DNA from: Podarcis cretensis | Taxonomy: Eukaryota | DNA length: 64,000 nt | Direction: 5' to 3' | Assembly (NCBI GenBank): GCA_951804945.1 | Contig: OX638153.1 | Span: 52,142,001 to 52,206,000 of the forward strand | Shown here: positions 13,829-27,091 of the stretch, piece by piece | How the letters are laid out: each line of letters starts with the position of its first letter | Position numbering within the stretch: the first letter of the stretch is position 1 | Notes under the pieces: model-generated | The model's input: only the letters and a program-made list of their open reading frames with translations | The model's database searches: none | Told to the model about the DNA's origin: nothing | Program-made: the position numbers and the translations under genes

Positions 13829-15149
13829 CTTGGTACTACAACCATTTCAGTTTCTCAGACCTGATACAGGAACATCTCCAATTTCACTTGTTTTGTCCAT
13901 TGTGGGCTTGTGAGTTTTAGACAATTCTAATGCTGATAGCTAATGACAGTGTTCTCCAGATTTCCTCTGTTCCTCTGTTGACTACTGCATCATCAGCCTG
14001 AACCAAATATGATATTGATTTATATGCATCTTTTTTAGTTATTTAATATTTTACACCCTTTTCCTTTAATCTCAAAGCACCTTTCAACTCAAAGTTTCAT
14101 TAAAATGACAACTGTCCTAGCTTGTCCATCTTTTGCTTCAGTGTTTTATTTTCAGTTTCCCATCTGATAGGAATATTTGCTGCTGACAAGCTTACAAAGC
14201 AAACCTACAGAAGTAAAGCAGAAGAAACTTTTCCTTACTAAGCAACTCAAAGCACCGCTGAGCCTCATTGGCCCACAGGAAGAAGAGAGACCTGCAGAAA
14301 ATAAGAGTTAACTGTAGGTGCTTGCAGAGCTATGAAAGTGGCTTCAAAACTAAATAATGAACAAGCCAAGTTTTGAAACCAGTTTGCTCCTGGCTTGTCC
14401 TCACAAAGTGGTTTAAACAAACAATGGTTTCCAAGTTCATATATAGACGTCAACTTGTCAAACCTGAGAGATCAATTAACTCTGGCATCAATATCTTCTG
14501 ACTGACTCAGATCATAATTGGATCTTATAGGTTAGCAGCTGCCTGTGAGTTTATTTTCTGAAACAACATTGTTTTCCCAGCTTCCATTCTAAACCCCACT
14601 ACAAAATCACTGACCACTGTTGGGGGAAAAAACACTATTTCCCCAAGTGAACATTAGACAGGAATTTAGTCCACTGAATGAACTGGGAAAAAAACCCACT
14701 AAATGTAAACTATTGGGTTGGCAAAAATTGCATTCCTGCCACACTCCTGGAATTAAGATGTGAGAGAGACTGTGAGTAGGTCAGCTATGGGTCATATAAC
14801 TATTAATTTACATGTCTAATCTGCACCATTATTAACTTAAAGACAACTCTGGTTGAGTTGAGAGCGAGGAGACTTTAAATTGGTCAGAGAGCCAGGGCCT
14901 GTGGGTAGTATATACATTTAACAAATGAGTAAAATGTATTTCCCTGTTTGGCTTGTACAGGTGACTCTGGGCTAGGCTCCAACCTGTGACTGATCTTTGT
15001 TCTGAAAAGCGTGGACAGTCAACATCAGGAAGCTTCTAGAAGGGCTGGGAGACTGCTTAATCCAAGATACTTTGAGTGGGAGATCTGGCAAGTCTGTATG
15101 GATTTCAGTCTGTCCTTGACAGGGTTTACTCCCCTTGAAGGATTAAGTT

Positions 15150-15760
15150 TAACATTTGGTGGTGCTACTAAACACCTTGCTGGCTGGGAAACCTCAAGTG
15201 ACAATGGTAGCCAGGAGTGCCTTTTACCAGCTTAGATTGGTATGTTACTTGGGAGTCCTGACTGAAGAATTCAAATCTCACCTCAGTTTCAAACCACACC
15301 AGGCTTACTGTAATGTGCTCTGTGTAGGGCTGCCATGGAAGATGTTTCAGAAGCTTCAACAAAAAATGGAATCCAGGCTATAGGTGAGAAGCAGGCAGTC
15401 AAAATTTGCCACACTAACTGCATTTCTGGGCCCCGTTCACAATGCCAATTTTTACTTTTAAAGCCCCGAACACCTGCAATCCCTACAAAGATAAGGTGGG
15501 CTACATGTCTCGGGTCTTTTAAGAAGGCAGCTTTTAAAGCCTGTTAGTTCTCGAAAGCTTTTAATTTCAGATTATAAATGAGAGTAGGGATATAGCTCAG
15601 TTATTATTGTTTTGTGCTAGCCACCCCTTCCCCAATTATTATTGATGATGACTAGGGGCTTTAAATGGTTTTATGAAAGTAGATTTGCATTTAAAAATGT
15701 TGTAAGGTGTCTTGTGGAGGGTTTTTTCAGAAAGCGGAGAATAACTCTTATAAATAAATG
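15150..15760 (+). mobile_element. L2-like LINE 3' relic
   Basis: ORF 15156..15383 (VARSAFYQLRLV...YCNVLCVGLPWKMFQKLQ) resembles an L2/CR1 ORF2 C-terminus; taaataaa tail near 15750. Confidence 0.65.
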
Positions 15761-15768
15761 CATAAATA

Positions 15769-15994
15769 CAGTGGTACCTCGGGTTACAGACACTTCAGGT
15801 TACAGACTCTGCTAACCCAGAAGTAGTACCTTGGGTTAAGAACTTTGCTTCAGGATGAGAACAAAAATCACGTGGCAGCAGCGCGGCGGCAGCAGGATGC
15901 CCCATTAGCTAAAGTGGTACCTCAGGTTAAGAACAGTTTCAGGTTAAGAATGGACCTCTGGAACAAATTAAGTTCTTAACCTGAGGTACCACTG
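15769..15994 (+). mobile_element. 226-bp Tc1/mariner(Tigger)-like MITE, second copy
   Basis: TA|cagtggtacctcgggtta ... taacctgaggtaccactg|TA. Confidence 0.9.
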
Positions 15995-18900
15995 TAAATA
16001 CCTTCTGGACTCCCTACTCAAGCCCCCCCCCCATGTTGGTTGCAACCTATGGAACAAGCCAAACAGTCTCCCCCCCCTAAAATTTACTCCTCAGACCCAC
16101 GACCATCAACTGACTTAATTCCGCACTGCCAGAAGTCAGGGTGAGCAATTGGGCGGTGACCACGGCTAGGAAATGCAGTTTGGAGGCAGCTGGTGTAACA
16201 ATCTGTAACTGAAGCAGGACACCTCAGTAATCCAGCCTGATCCACATGTGCCCCCCTTATCCTGCAAGGGGTGGAAGAAATCCAGTGAGCAATGAGGGGC
16301 GAAAGAGGCTTCTAATAAGTTTTTTACTAAAACCCCAACCTGTCAAGTGTCTGTTAATGCCTTTTTTAGATTTCCCCTTTCCCATTATATTTTAAATGTC
16401 ACCACATCTCCTCTAACTGGTGCAGAAAAACCATTCCTTTACTAGCCTTTGCTGAAGAATGACTCCTATTGCTCTGCTTCAGATAAGAGTGTATATATTC
16501 ATAGCTTAAACAATAATCCAGGAAAGTTGAAATGCACACATCTGCTTCAATTGGCAGTAAGTGGCAGAAGAGCCTCACGCTACTGCAGTTAAGACTGAAT
16601 GACTCTTTTTACCACACACATACCAGAATCAGGAGAGTGGCTCAAAAGTAGGGCTGCAACCTGATTACATTTTAACTAACCTTGTGAATTTCAGCTGAGC
16701 AATTACATATGCGTAAATGCAGACGCAGTATACTTAAATTGAGGAGCATACTTTTGTTGTTCTTAGATAAATTGTTGCATGTAGCAGGTATCATCTTAGG
16801 AGAGGCAGCACCTCCAGTGTAAGACAGGATGCCTCTTTTAAGATGAGGTTTGCCCTCTGCAGTTTTTAGAAGTACTTGGAATAAAAATAATTTGCCATTT
16901 GTAAAAATCTACTGTCTGGTTAATTGGGGGCATCATTTAGTCGATTAAAAGGTGTGTATTGATTAATCAATTAAATACTGCAGCCCGACTCAGGTGGCAT
17001 GTGCAAGATCAGCCTTAGAGATGTGGGTGAGGACACCCCTAGTCCTTTGCATCTTAATATGAGAAAATTACTCCACTGGACAAGGAATAAAAGGCAAGGA
17101 AGTGGAAGAGTGCAGAGTAAGCAATGAACAAGTTTTTGTGCCCTATTAGAGGAAAAAAAAATGTCATTGGAGAGTTGACTTTGGGTCAGTGTGGTCCTCT
17201 GCCTGCAAAAGCAGGAGCAGGGTTGGGGATAAAGTCCGGAAGCAGGTAGAAAAAGCAAAATTAAAAGATGTTGGAAGAGGATTTGGGCTGTGGACCAGCA
17301 GATAACAGGGTGGCTTTAGCTGTCTTTGCAACTTAACAACCTTAAGGGGCTGAATTTCACATAATGTTTAGAAATAGCCACTATGTGAACTTTACTTTGT
17401 TCTAGTTGCACTTTTATTGGTCTCAAAGCTCCAACAAAACACGGCCACCACAATTTCCTGGCAGGGCCCTGTGCTTTTAAAAACTGTGTAGAGCAGAGGT
17501 TTATCAAGTAAAGCTTTTCCCACTTAAGAGATATAGCAAATGTTGTGCCTGCTACATTTTTGCCAGGCATACCACCATGGAAATTTAATCAAGGCACTCT
17601 GAAATTTACTTTTTTGTATAAGACGATTGATAAAACAGCAGCAGCAGCAACAACAACAATAATAGGTATGGCATCCCTGCCAAGTAAAATGGGATAATAT
17701 GAAACAAACTATACAACATTGCACAAATAGAATAATATTTGTAAAAGTATGTATGTGTGTCCAATTTATATAGGTCTGTCTGATTTAGTTTAGAGGTGAT
17801 TTTTTAAATTTCATTTTGTTTTATATCCTTACTTGTTTAAGCTTTCAGTATAGGGCAGTAAGAAATATGGGACAGAAATTATTCTTCCTTGTATGTTTTA
17901 ATAGTTTCTGATTTGGAGGAAAAACATGAGATTAATACTTTTTTTTCATCCCACCATTCCTCTACTGTTTAATCTATTGTCGATCTGCAAAAAAAAGATG
18001 CAAGACTAAGAAATTCAGATGTTCCAGTGTTTCCCTCAGTACAGTTTTTGCTCTCAAACAATATGGCAATTCTAATGTCTCAAGTACATCTTCTCTCAGC
18101 TACATGAGTTATTGGTGTTCACAGATGGCTACAAGTTGCAAAAAAGATACAGTAATCCTTTTTATTGAGAAAATAATGTCATGCAGATAATGCAACATTA
18201 AGAAGAAAACACAACATACTGCCAAGTAAAGGATATGTACATTATTCAAATGTGTGCTGTTCTCCAAACAACAGTGTCCAAAGTTGGGCAGCTCTTAGAA
18301 CTGAGGAGCCACATAAGTTTTAGTTGATGGGAAAGCATGTGTCAGAAGAATTGAAATGCACATAATGTAAGCTGAATTTAGCTTACTAAGTATCTACAAA
18401 TTCCTGGCTGCAATAATTCTTAGCACTGTATGTGCTTCAAATGCATTCTGTCCTTGCAGAGAAGGGAAGCTGGAGATTCCATTCAACAGGCATAGGAAGA
18501 CGTATGGTTGTGCCAATAATTAAAATCCTCAAATGAATGGCAGCAGAATTCTAGAGATGATCTTGTCTGCAAAGATGGGAGAGAGATATTTGCTCCAAGT
18601 TTTTCACAACAGAATTTACTGCAGTGGGGAAGAACTGTGGGTGAAAAGGGTGTCCAAATTTCAAAAAAAGAGAGACAGGATTCCTGAGGGACTTCTTTTC
18701 AAGAGCTGTATGGAGGAGTAGAATGGCATTATCATTTTTTCCATATCCTTGCAACATTGTGGGATACTATGTACATTTCAAGAGGCACTGAAGAGCATCT
18801 CAGCAAGTTTTCTCTCATTTACTTTCTCCTGCTCCTTGTAATATAAGAAAAGGGAACTCTATTCCATCTAAGAAATACGTAAGCTCCATGTTCACCTGAA

Positions 18901-19519
18901 GCTTACACCTCTCCCTTTTTTGTTCTTTTGTTTGCATACTGCAAGGAACTGTGGAAAGCGGGATCCTAGGTGTGGTTGTGCTTTCCCTCTAAGATGCTTC
19001 TTGAAACCTGCCAAGAGGCAGCTGGGTTCTTTTCAGATCTCTTACAGCAACAGAAGCTATACCCCTTTTCAGATTATGGTTGCCCTATGCTTAGTCTAGA
19101 GCAGAGAGAACCACCATGGATGCCCTCCAGAGGTTGTTGGATGGCCAGTGGCCAAGATGAGAACGTAAGTTGGCTGCTCCTGGCCTAGAGGCTAAAGTAT
19201 CCAAATTTAGTTCAGATTGTGTATTTTGGGTGAGACACAATCTCTCAGTGAATATTACCTATCTGTGTTTGGTGAATAAACACAGTGTCTAAATGGTCTT
19301 GAGTCAATCCTATGCTCCTCTGATCTGAAACATTATAAAATAACCTCAGGACTAGGCAGTCACAAAATACTTAGCAACCTGCCCAACCTCTATGTTGGTT
19401 TATTCAGCATTTTTTAAAGCTGCTTTTCCTGAAAGAGATAAAAACACATCCTGTCAAAAGCCTTCTTGGCGGAGGTGCTGGGGGTTAAATAAAACCTCTA
19501 GGTAAATGAGCTGCAAGTC

Positions 19520-21298
19520 CATCTGCACGTACTAAGTTGCTTTTATTAATCCAGAACTGCATGCTACAGATACTGTACAGCATGGACATTTATTCATTAC
19601 AAAAATGGCTTCCAAACCATTAGAAATGAAAAATCGGAATAAGAGCAATAAAACGGAACAGTAACATCACAACTGTTAGGAAACATTCAAAGGATTCACA
19701 AAAAATGTCATAGTTAGCATCTTAATAAACCAGAGAAGAAAACTGGAGACAGTTTTACAATCGCTTCATGTCAACTACAATGGCACTGGATGAACAGATG
19801 AACATTTTTTTCAGCTTTATACAGCATTTATCTTCTTTTAAAAAATTTGCAACATCAACATGCCTAGGTTTTTTTTTTTAAAGTTTGCTACCTACCTGTA
19901 TGTAGTAAGTGTACATAAAAGTGGCAGTCTGATTTTTCATTTTATGAATAATCTAATATACAGAATTTGGCCCTTTAGGGTTTATACCTCTTCATTTTAA
20001 AATGCTTTCTGGACAATCTGCTACCAAACACGTCTGTAATAGGTGACATTAAAAACTACATACATATCTACCTATGCAACATCACAGCAAAACAGGATGA
20101 ACAAAAAAAAAAAATACAGCATAAAAATTGTCGGGAAAGGAGAAAATCACTGAGAATTTTGGCACATAAAATTTTTTGCTCACAGCCTACAAGTGGCAGG
20201 GGAAGTCATCTGCAGTTCTGAATGGGAAATTCTGCTGTTTTTCCAACAGCACTGATAAAAAGTCCCGTGCTAAATTTTCAAGTCTTATTTCATGTAATGG
20301 CTTTTAAAGCTTTTTTTTTTTTTTTACACTATTGATCCATCTGCAAATGTCCATTTGGTGGCAACTGTGTGACAGAAAAAAAGGAAGAAATTAAAACAAA
20401 ATAAAAAAGAAGCCAACAAAAATATATATATACACATTTATATATAAACTTAAAAACCTTGTACAAATGAGTTGTTATATATATGTTGCTTACACTAAGG
20501 GGGGAAAAAAGACCTTTACACAATGTTTCAAGGAAAAAAAGAAAGGAAAGCATTTCTTTTAAAAAATGGACAAACATACAGATACAACAAGCAATTTCTA
20601 AAGCAATAAATACTACTAGTCCAATAGCGTTGTGATACTTTTTAATTGTTGAGTAGCGTTCCCTCCCCCAAAAAAGAACAACACCATGGAACAAGGTATA
20701 TTAACACATTTTAACCCTTTGTTTCTGTACATTTAAACAATAACAAGTAACATCACAAGAAAAGTTATATCACACAAAGGAAAAAAAACGGGGAAAAAAT
20801 AGCGGCACTGCATTCATTGTGCCCTTAAAAAGTTTTAAAAACCAGATGTAAAATGATTGGTTCGCAAGCTCGTATTTAATACAAATAATAAAGAACCAAC
20901 GCCTTCGGCAAGGGCTGCTTCAAAATTGCTTCTTTTTTTCATTTTTAAAATCAGTCTTTGAAACTAAGCTATTGGAACTACATAACAGTTATGTATATAT
21001 ATATTTATATATATATATATTTTTTAAACGCTACAAAGACTTTAAACAGCTGTTGATAAAAATTTTGGCAGAATCATGAGGCTTTTTTTTTCTCCATCTA
21101 CATATTTAAAAAGGAAAAAAAATTGAAATAAGGATGGGTCAAATATTGACCAATGAACTCGATACACATCAACTAATGTAGCCAGCCATATGGCACAAAT
21201 TTTTAAAAAATATATAAACGGAAAAAAGGGGGGAGGGGAGAAATCTTGACACAAAAAGAAATGAAATAAAATTTAAAAACGGCTACAAGAGGCTAAAG
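19520..21298 (-). other. TCF7L2: TCF7L2 3'UTR (~1.8 kb, U-rich)
   Basis: Follows the E-tail stop, has no recognisable transposon, and ends near tandem AATAAA; the exact cleavage site is approximate. Confidence 0.85.
19542..19594 (-). terminator. Tandem polyadenylation signals AATAAA (19589-19594 and 19542-19547)
   Basis: Plus-strand tttatt at both positions, at the end of the UTR-like block. Confidence 0.8.
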
Positions 21299-21737
21299 CT
21301 ATTCTAAAGACTTGGTGACGAGTGACAGTGGCTGAGGCTGTGTCCCAGCCAAAGAATTATGGGAATGCAAGGAGGATGTCGAGGGTTGCGCTAGCGAAGA
21401 GGAGGACGGCGCGGACTGCGGTAAAGTGGCAGACTGATGGTCCAGTGCCCCGTTCTGACAATTACTAGCAGGCAGACCGCTGGATTTGCTAGTGGAGCTT
21501 TCAGTCAGGGCTATGGAGGACGGCGGGGGCGGCATCATCGAGAGGTGTGAGAGTGGGTCGGGTTTCAATGTGAGCGAGAGAGGTTGGGTTTGTTCAGTCT
21601 GTGGTTTTGAGTCTCTTGTGGGGGAGGCTAGCATGTTGGGAGAAGACGGTGGAGAGTCTAGTAGGCTTCCATCTGAAGAGGGTGGGCTGACGCAGCTGCC
21701 TTCACCTTGTATGTAGCGAACGCACTTTTTTTTTCTC
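21299..21737 (-). CDS. TCF7L2: TCF7L2 exon 17 coding part. Long E-tail RRKKKCVRYIQGEGSC...PLSLT...PLSLVTKSLE* (two CtBP-binding motifs); medium tail GEKKSAFATYKVKAAASAHPLQMEAY* in a second frame (stop 21658-21660)
   Basis: Acceptor tatttctag|GAGA; ORF 21299..21634; both frames translated by hand. Confidence 0.97.
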
Positions 21738-22008
21738 CTAGAAATAGGGAGAGAGTAATCTGTGAATGAAGGGCAAAGACACTATTTGGAGGGGGAAAAT
21801 AATAACCCTAAAGCAAAGAGCCATCAACCAACTATGCCGGGCTCTGTTTAGCTATACCCAATTATTATAATGGTGCTGTCTACCTCTGGACAACGATTAT
21901 GGAATCCGTCTTTCTCCTAACTAGCGGAATTTGCGCTTTGTCCCATTTAGGTAATTTTTTATTTATTTTAAAAGCCATCAATTTTATGTTCTTTTAGCAC
22001 CAGGTGAA

Positions 22009-22199
22009 TTTATTCTTAGCTTTTACATTCTCGTTCCCCTACAAACCAAAATATGGCAGATACTTCCTCTCAGTTGGCACCAAGCATTCTGAAAGACTGA
22101 CTCTGGAGTCTCGCTTCTGGAATATCTCCCTGCCTGCCTTGGAAGAAACCCCACCTTTGCGACCAACTGTAGCCGAGGATCTACCACTCCTGCTTGTTT
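22009..22199 (-). other. Candidate additional TCF7L2 exon (alternative terminal exon, or 45-nt cassette 22155-22199)
   Basis: Acceptor ctaaacag| after ~150 AG-free pyrimidine-rich nt; 53-codon open frame from phase 1; AATAAA at 22009-22014; internal AAG|gtgggg donor. Confidence 0.5.
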
Positions 22200-23224
22200 C
22201 TGTTTAGAACCACACCGTGTGAAAACAAAAACAAACAAAAAAATCAACGTCACACAGACACAAAAAAGAGGAAAGAGTAACAGGAAGAATAAAAGTGGGA
22301 AATGAAGGAAAAGGAAGATGAACAGAAATACCGTCCAAATTAACAAGAATAACTGGTTGTATAACCTGCAGGTTGTGGATTATCACACATTCATTTATTT
22401 TATTTTATTTCGTAAAGGGTGGGGTGGGAGAAGGGATCGTTTGGCTTCTACTTTAATTTATAGAAATTAAAAGAACTTCAAAAGAAAACTTAAATCTTGG
22501 TTAGGCGTGGAGTGTACAAACAAAGCAACAACAGGTATCATTGTAAAGAGAAACAATCAGAAAACGGTTAAGAATTTCACAAAAATTATCAATGCTATTA
22601 AATCAGGCCACTAGGCACCCTGGCTTATCCAACTTACATAAAGAACAACATCTATGCATTGCACCTACTGCCTAATATTCAGAAGACACGTCTAGTGGCA
22701 GAATAAAAATATTAGGCATACAATGAATGCGTCCTCTGGAGCAGTTTCCCACAGGGCAAACAGATTCTAAAAACCGGTCACAGCAAACACGACGTTTTGA
22801 TCTTTTTCATTTTTGCCCAAAGCACTCATGTTGGAGTAATACAAGGCACCTTTCTCAACTGAAGTTCACGTCTGTTAGCATGAGACTCTCAGCTGAGGCT
22901 GAGAGGCAAGTAATCGTATGTGGCCAGTTGACCCTGTGTTGAAACTGACCAACGCCCCCATCAGGTGTCAGGGCTTAAGTGATTGATTCCAAGCTGACCC
23001 ATATGTAGAATTATAAAGGTCAGCTGGCGCAATTTTCCACTGGTATAATTATAAAAGTCCAGTAAAGTAACACTATCACCCAGTCATCTGTAATCTGAGA
23101 GTTAACACTTTCAAATCCAAGTGAGTGGACTATGTCCACTTCAGAGGGCATTCCACCCAGCATTAGTTTCATGTCACAATCTCCATTTCGCTTCACTGAT
23201 GCTCTGTCAGTGCACCTTTAATGA

Positions 23225-23370
23225 TACATTTGCACTTTATTCTATGAGGTCCCAGGTTCAATCCCTGGTATCTCCAGGTAGGACTAGGAGAGACCTCTGT
23301 CTGGAAGCTGCTGCCAAGGCAGTGTAAACAATACTGGTCAAAATGGAGCAAATTGTATAAGGCAGCTTCC
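23225..23370 (+). mobile_element. Old tRNA-derived SINE relic
   Basis: B-box-like ggttcaatccc followed by a ...tataaggcagcttcc tail; related relics near 41010-41170 and 42560-42680. Confidence 0.55.
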
Positions 23371-25800
23371 AAATTTAGCTCTTATCCCCCCCCCCTTTGA
23401 ATTGTTTTTAACTTTTTATGCTTTTATGAATCATTTTTTAAAAAAATCATTTTAATGTTGTAAACTGCTTTGATATGCTCTTAGGACTTAGTGGTATATA
23501 AATATTTTTATAATAAATAAATAGAATGGGTCACATTTTGGAAAGGATTAGCTAGGAAACCCAAGCAACTTGCTCTTGTCAATTCCTAAAGTTTTCTGGA
23601 GCAGAACAGATTAATAACTTTTCCCTTAAAAAAAAAAAAATGAGATTAAGGTTCTGCCCCACGTTCCACACAGCAAAGTCAATTGTTAGGGCAGTGGAGA
23701 ATTTTAACCACATTAGCCTGCTGATCAATACATGCTAGAAACTAAGACAGCCATGCATGTAAAACCTTATGAATTAAAGCAACAAAGCACAGAGCAGAAA
23801 ATAAAAGGAAAGAGAAAGTGTGAGATGGCAAGCAACAGCAAACCATGCTTTATTAAGGCAAGTTAAAAGATAAAAAAGAGTAATTGGTGGGCTCTAAACA
23901 GAACCTTGCTAGAAGCCTCCTACCTAAAGTAATAAAAACTGGAAATCTATTAGCGAGAAATTGATGTAGTCCACTGGCCTGAACTATTTCATGTTCTTTA
24001 TGTCTTACTCTTTAATTAGTCCCTTTAGGCAGAAAGGAGGCAATGTTACCATATCAACAGTTCAAAGCAGCATTTTTTTTTTTACCAACCCATGGGAAAT
24101 AAGCAAGATTATATTAACAGAGTGGTGCTAATATTTAGGAGATCCCATTATATGTTCCACATCGGCATGCAAGGTACTATTATCTTGCCTTACAGATCAG
24201 CGTTTTCCAAATAGCACACAGAGCTCTACCTGTCAATGCCATGGGGACCTTCTGAATCAGTCGCCATGCTGTTGGTGGGAGGCAGTGGGAGGCTCTGGCA
24301 GGCCATGCAGGACAAAGGATAGAGGAGCATGTGTGTGCATGCATACACTTCATGGATCAATGGATAGGATCTCTAGATGCTAACCCCTCTCACCAAACTC
24401 AACTTCACAGATCCTTGCTCAAGGATTTGGTCATTACAGACATAGCCTGCAATGGTAAGCCCATAAAGAAGCCAACAAGCTTCAAGATGGGTTCTTGTTC
24501 TGAGGTGCTGAAGAGAACTATACATGTCTGCGTTACCAGTGTTGTCCCTAATAGGATTGGGATCAGTGCCCAAATTCAGTTTCCTCCACCTCCCTGACAC
24601 CCACTCTTCTTTACAACTAAAGGATTTCCCTACAGCATCGGGCCAAGAAAACCCAGAACATGCGATGGCAAAATGTAGCGTCATTACTGAAAGTGGTGTT
24701 TCGGTTGTTACTGTTTGCTGCCGTTCATTTACAGAAATCACTTCAAAATCAGAATCAGTCTCGTATGGTTCAGGCAAATCAGTTTTATATAAAGGACAAG
24801 AGAAACTGATGTTTCTTAGGACATGTGTGATTAGTGTTGCATCACAGTAGGTCATCAGCATGAGGCTTGTAGAAAACAAGTAGTAAGCCCAGGGTAGTAT
24901 GTAAAAAAAAAAAATTCAGTGCTGAGAAAAGCTGAATTCTACAATAATTAATAAATACAGACCTATTTTCTTATCCTGAACAGTTTATTTTGTGAGTTAT
25001 GGCAAGGGACAAAGTGCTATGCAAGCCATAAATGTATTTTCCTTCTCTGGTCAACATTTGGAAATTCAAAATGTTGGCAGTGATTTTCCTGACCATAAGG
25101 TCCAGGAACTTGATTTTTTTAAAAAATAATCTTACAACTTTTTAATTCAGCACTCAACAAAAGTTTCTGTGCTTACACAGAGCAGCCACAGAACTGTGAA
25201 ATATAAACACAGCACTAATAAGTCATGGAACATGCAAAGCGCTCTCTCTCTCTCTCTCTCTCTCTCTTTGCACTTTAGACCTAATGGATTATGGGCAAAT
25301 TTTTTAGCTCCAAACCATGTTTAGATTAATTAATTGAATAATTAAGGTGTCCCTGAGCCCAGTGGTAAATGTCTCGTACATATATGCTTTAATATAGTGT
25401 AGATGACATACCATGAAGCAAATACTGGAATTGAAACCCCAAAGCACTTTATTGTTCAGCTAGTTATGATGGCACTGGTAACAGCTATAGAAAACCTATC
25501 TAAAAGCATTATACCTAATTTAACTGACCTTTAAAGTATTTAACTCTATGTTCTAGACAGTACTGACCTAGGTATGATACACACATGAAGTGTGGGCCAT
25601 GATACTTACCTATCCTCACAGACTAATGCAAATTTGGAATATTAAGTACTAATTAATACTAATATTGTCCCAACTGTCCTCATTTTACTCTCAGTAGAGT
25701 TTTGCTATCAGAAATCAAAAACTATCTTGGGTTTGTGGGATGCCCTTGCCCAATCATGTCCAGTATTTGCTCCTTTACTGAACTCTGCAATGTATCATCT

Positions 25801-26064
25801 AGAAGAAGAAGAAGAAGAAGAAGAGTTTGGATTTGATATCCCGCCTTTCACTCCCTTTTAAGGAGTCTCAAAGCGGCTAACATTCTCCTTTCCCTTCCTC
25901 CCCCACAACAAACACTCTGTGAGGTGAGTGGGGCTGAGAGACTTCAAAGAAGTGTGACTAGCCCAAGGTCACCCAGCAGCTGCATGTGGAGGAGCGGAGA
26001 CGCGAACCCGGTTCCCCAGGATTACAAGACTACCGCTCTTAACCACTACACCACACTGGCTCTC
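25801..26064 (-). mobile_element. Young tRNA/CORE SINE (Squam3-like) with (TTC)n tail
   Basis: Minus strand begins GAGAGCCAGTGTGGTGTAGTGGTTAAGAGC with A box and B box (GGTTCGCGTCTCC), then a CORE-like body and (GAA)n at 25801-25824. Confidence 0.85.
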
Positions 26065-26933
26065 TATCCCCTGATGCAACACTAAGAAAAACAAAACACT
26101 GGAGTCAAGCAGAAAGAGTGAGGGAGAGAAAGAGAGAAAGTGATGACCTACAGAGTTTCAAGTCAACGTTTATTGTAACAGTTTGTTTTAAAAAAATTTT
26201 TTGCAGTGTTAATATGCATGCTCTGTAGCTTCAAGAATGACATTTTAAAGATCCTACCGCAAAGCTTTTAGAACTAAACTGAAATTATGTTAAGCTGAAA
26301 ATGCTATTTTGTATTAGAGAAAATAGTTTGTTTCTCTCCACACACAATTCAATGATCATTTGACTGAAAATACTACAGATCATGTAGCAGATCCTCTTTA
26401 AATATGACTTGAAAACAGTTAAATGTAGTTTTAAATCAATAAAATACTGGCTGCAGTAAAAAGGTAATAAAAGAGGCAGATGCTGGAGACAGGCAGCTAG
26501 AGGCAAATCTGATCCTCAAAATACATCCTATTGGGCTCCCTTGATCCCAACCTCCTTCCCATGCACAATTAGGCACCTTGGTCACTTTCGACCAAACCAA
26601 GAAACATACAAAAATGGTCTTTAATCTCATTTTCCTCCCAGGGCAAAGAGTCGTGCACAAACCAAGTCACAGGTGAATATGGCAGTGAGCACCTGAGGTG
26701 CCCCAAACGAAGCCTTTGACAAAGTATTTATTACTGTATAGCCTTCAAGACAGATGGCTAGGGATGCCTTTGTTTATGTTGCAGTGACCAGATGTGTGGA
26801 GCCAACATTGCTGGCCTCTATCTCAGTTCAAAATAGTCCCTTTACTGATAAGGGATTTAGAGCATAATTCCTACCTTCCACCAGCATTCTAGTTTTGACA
26901 AATATAAAAATGGCCGCCTATGTCTCTATGTAC

Positions 26934-27091
26934 CAGTGGGGGGTGCAGGGGGGGCCGGCCGCACCGGCCGCAACATCTGGGGGTTAGGGTTAGGGGGTGC
27001 AAATCCACGGGTTAGGGGGTGCGAATCCATGGGTTGGGGGCGCAAATTACTTGCCTTGCCCCGGGTGCTGACAACCCACGCCACGCCACTG
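26934..27091. mobile_element. G-rich hAT MITE containing TTAGGG units
   Basis: CAGTGG...CCACTG ends; perfect 8-bp TSD CTATGTAC at 26926-26933 and 27092-27099. Confidence 0.88.

Noticed and set aside
21884-21916. Possible 33-nt exon (gttag|GAGAAAG...CAGAG|gtagac)
   Set aside because: No polypyrimidine tract; the donor is noted only as an option for the 22199 exon.
24373-24879. Longest gap-free ORF in the track (168 aa) and other short ORFs
   Set aside because: No recognisable domain, splice context or codon pattern; N-containing ORFs are gap artefacts.
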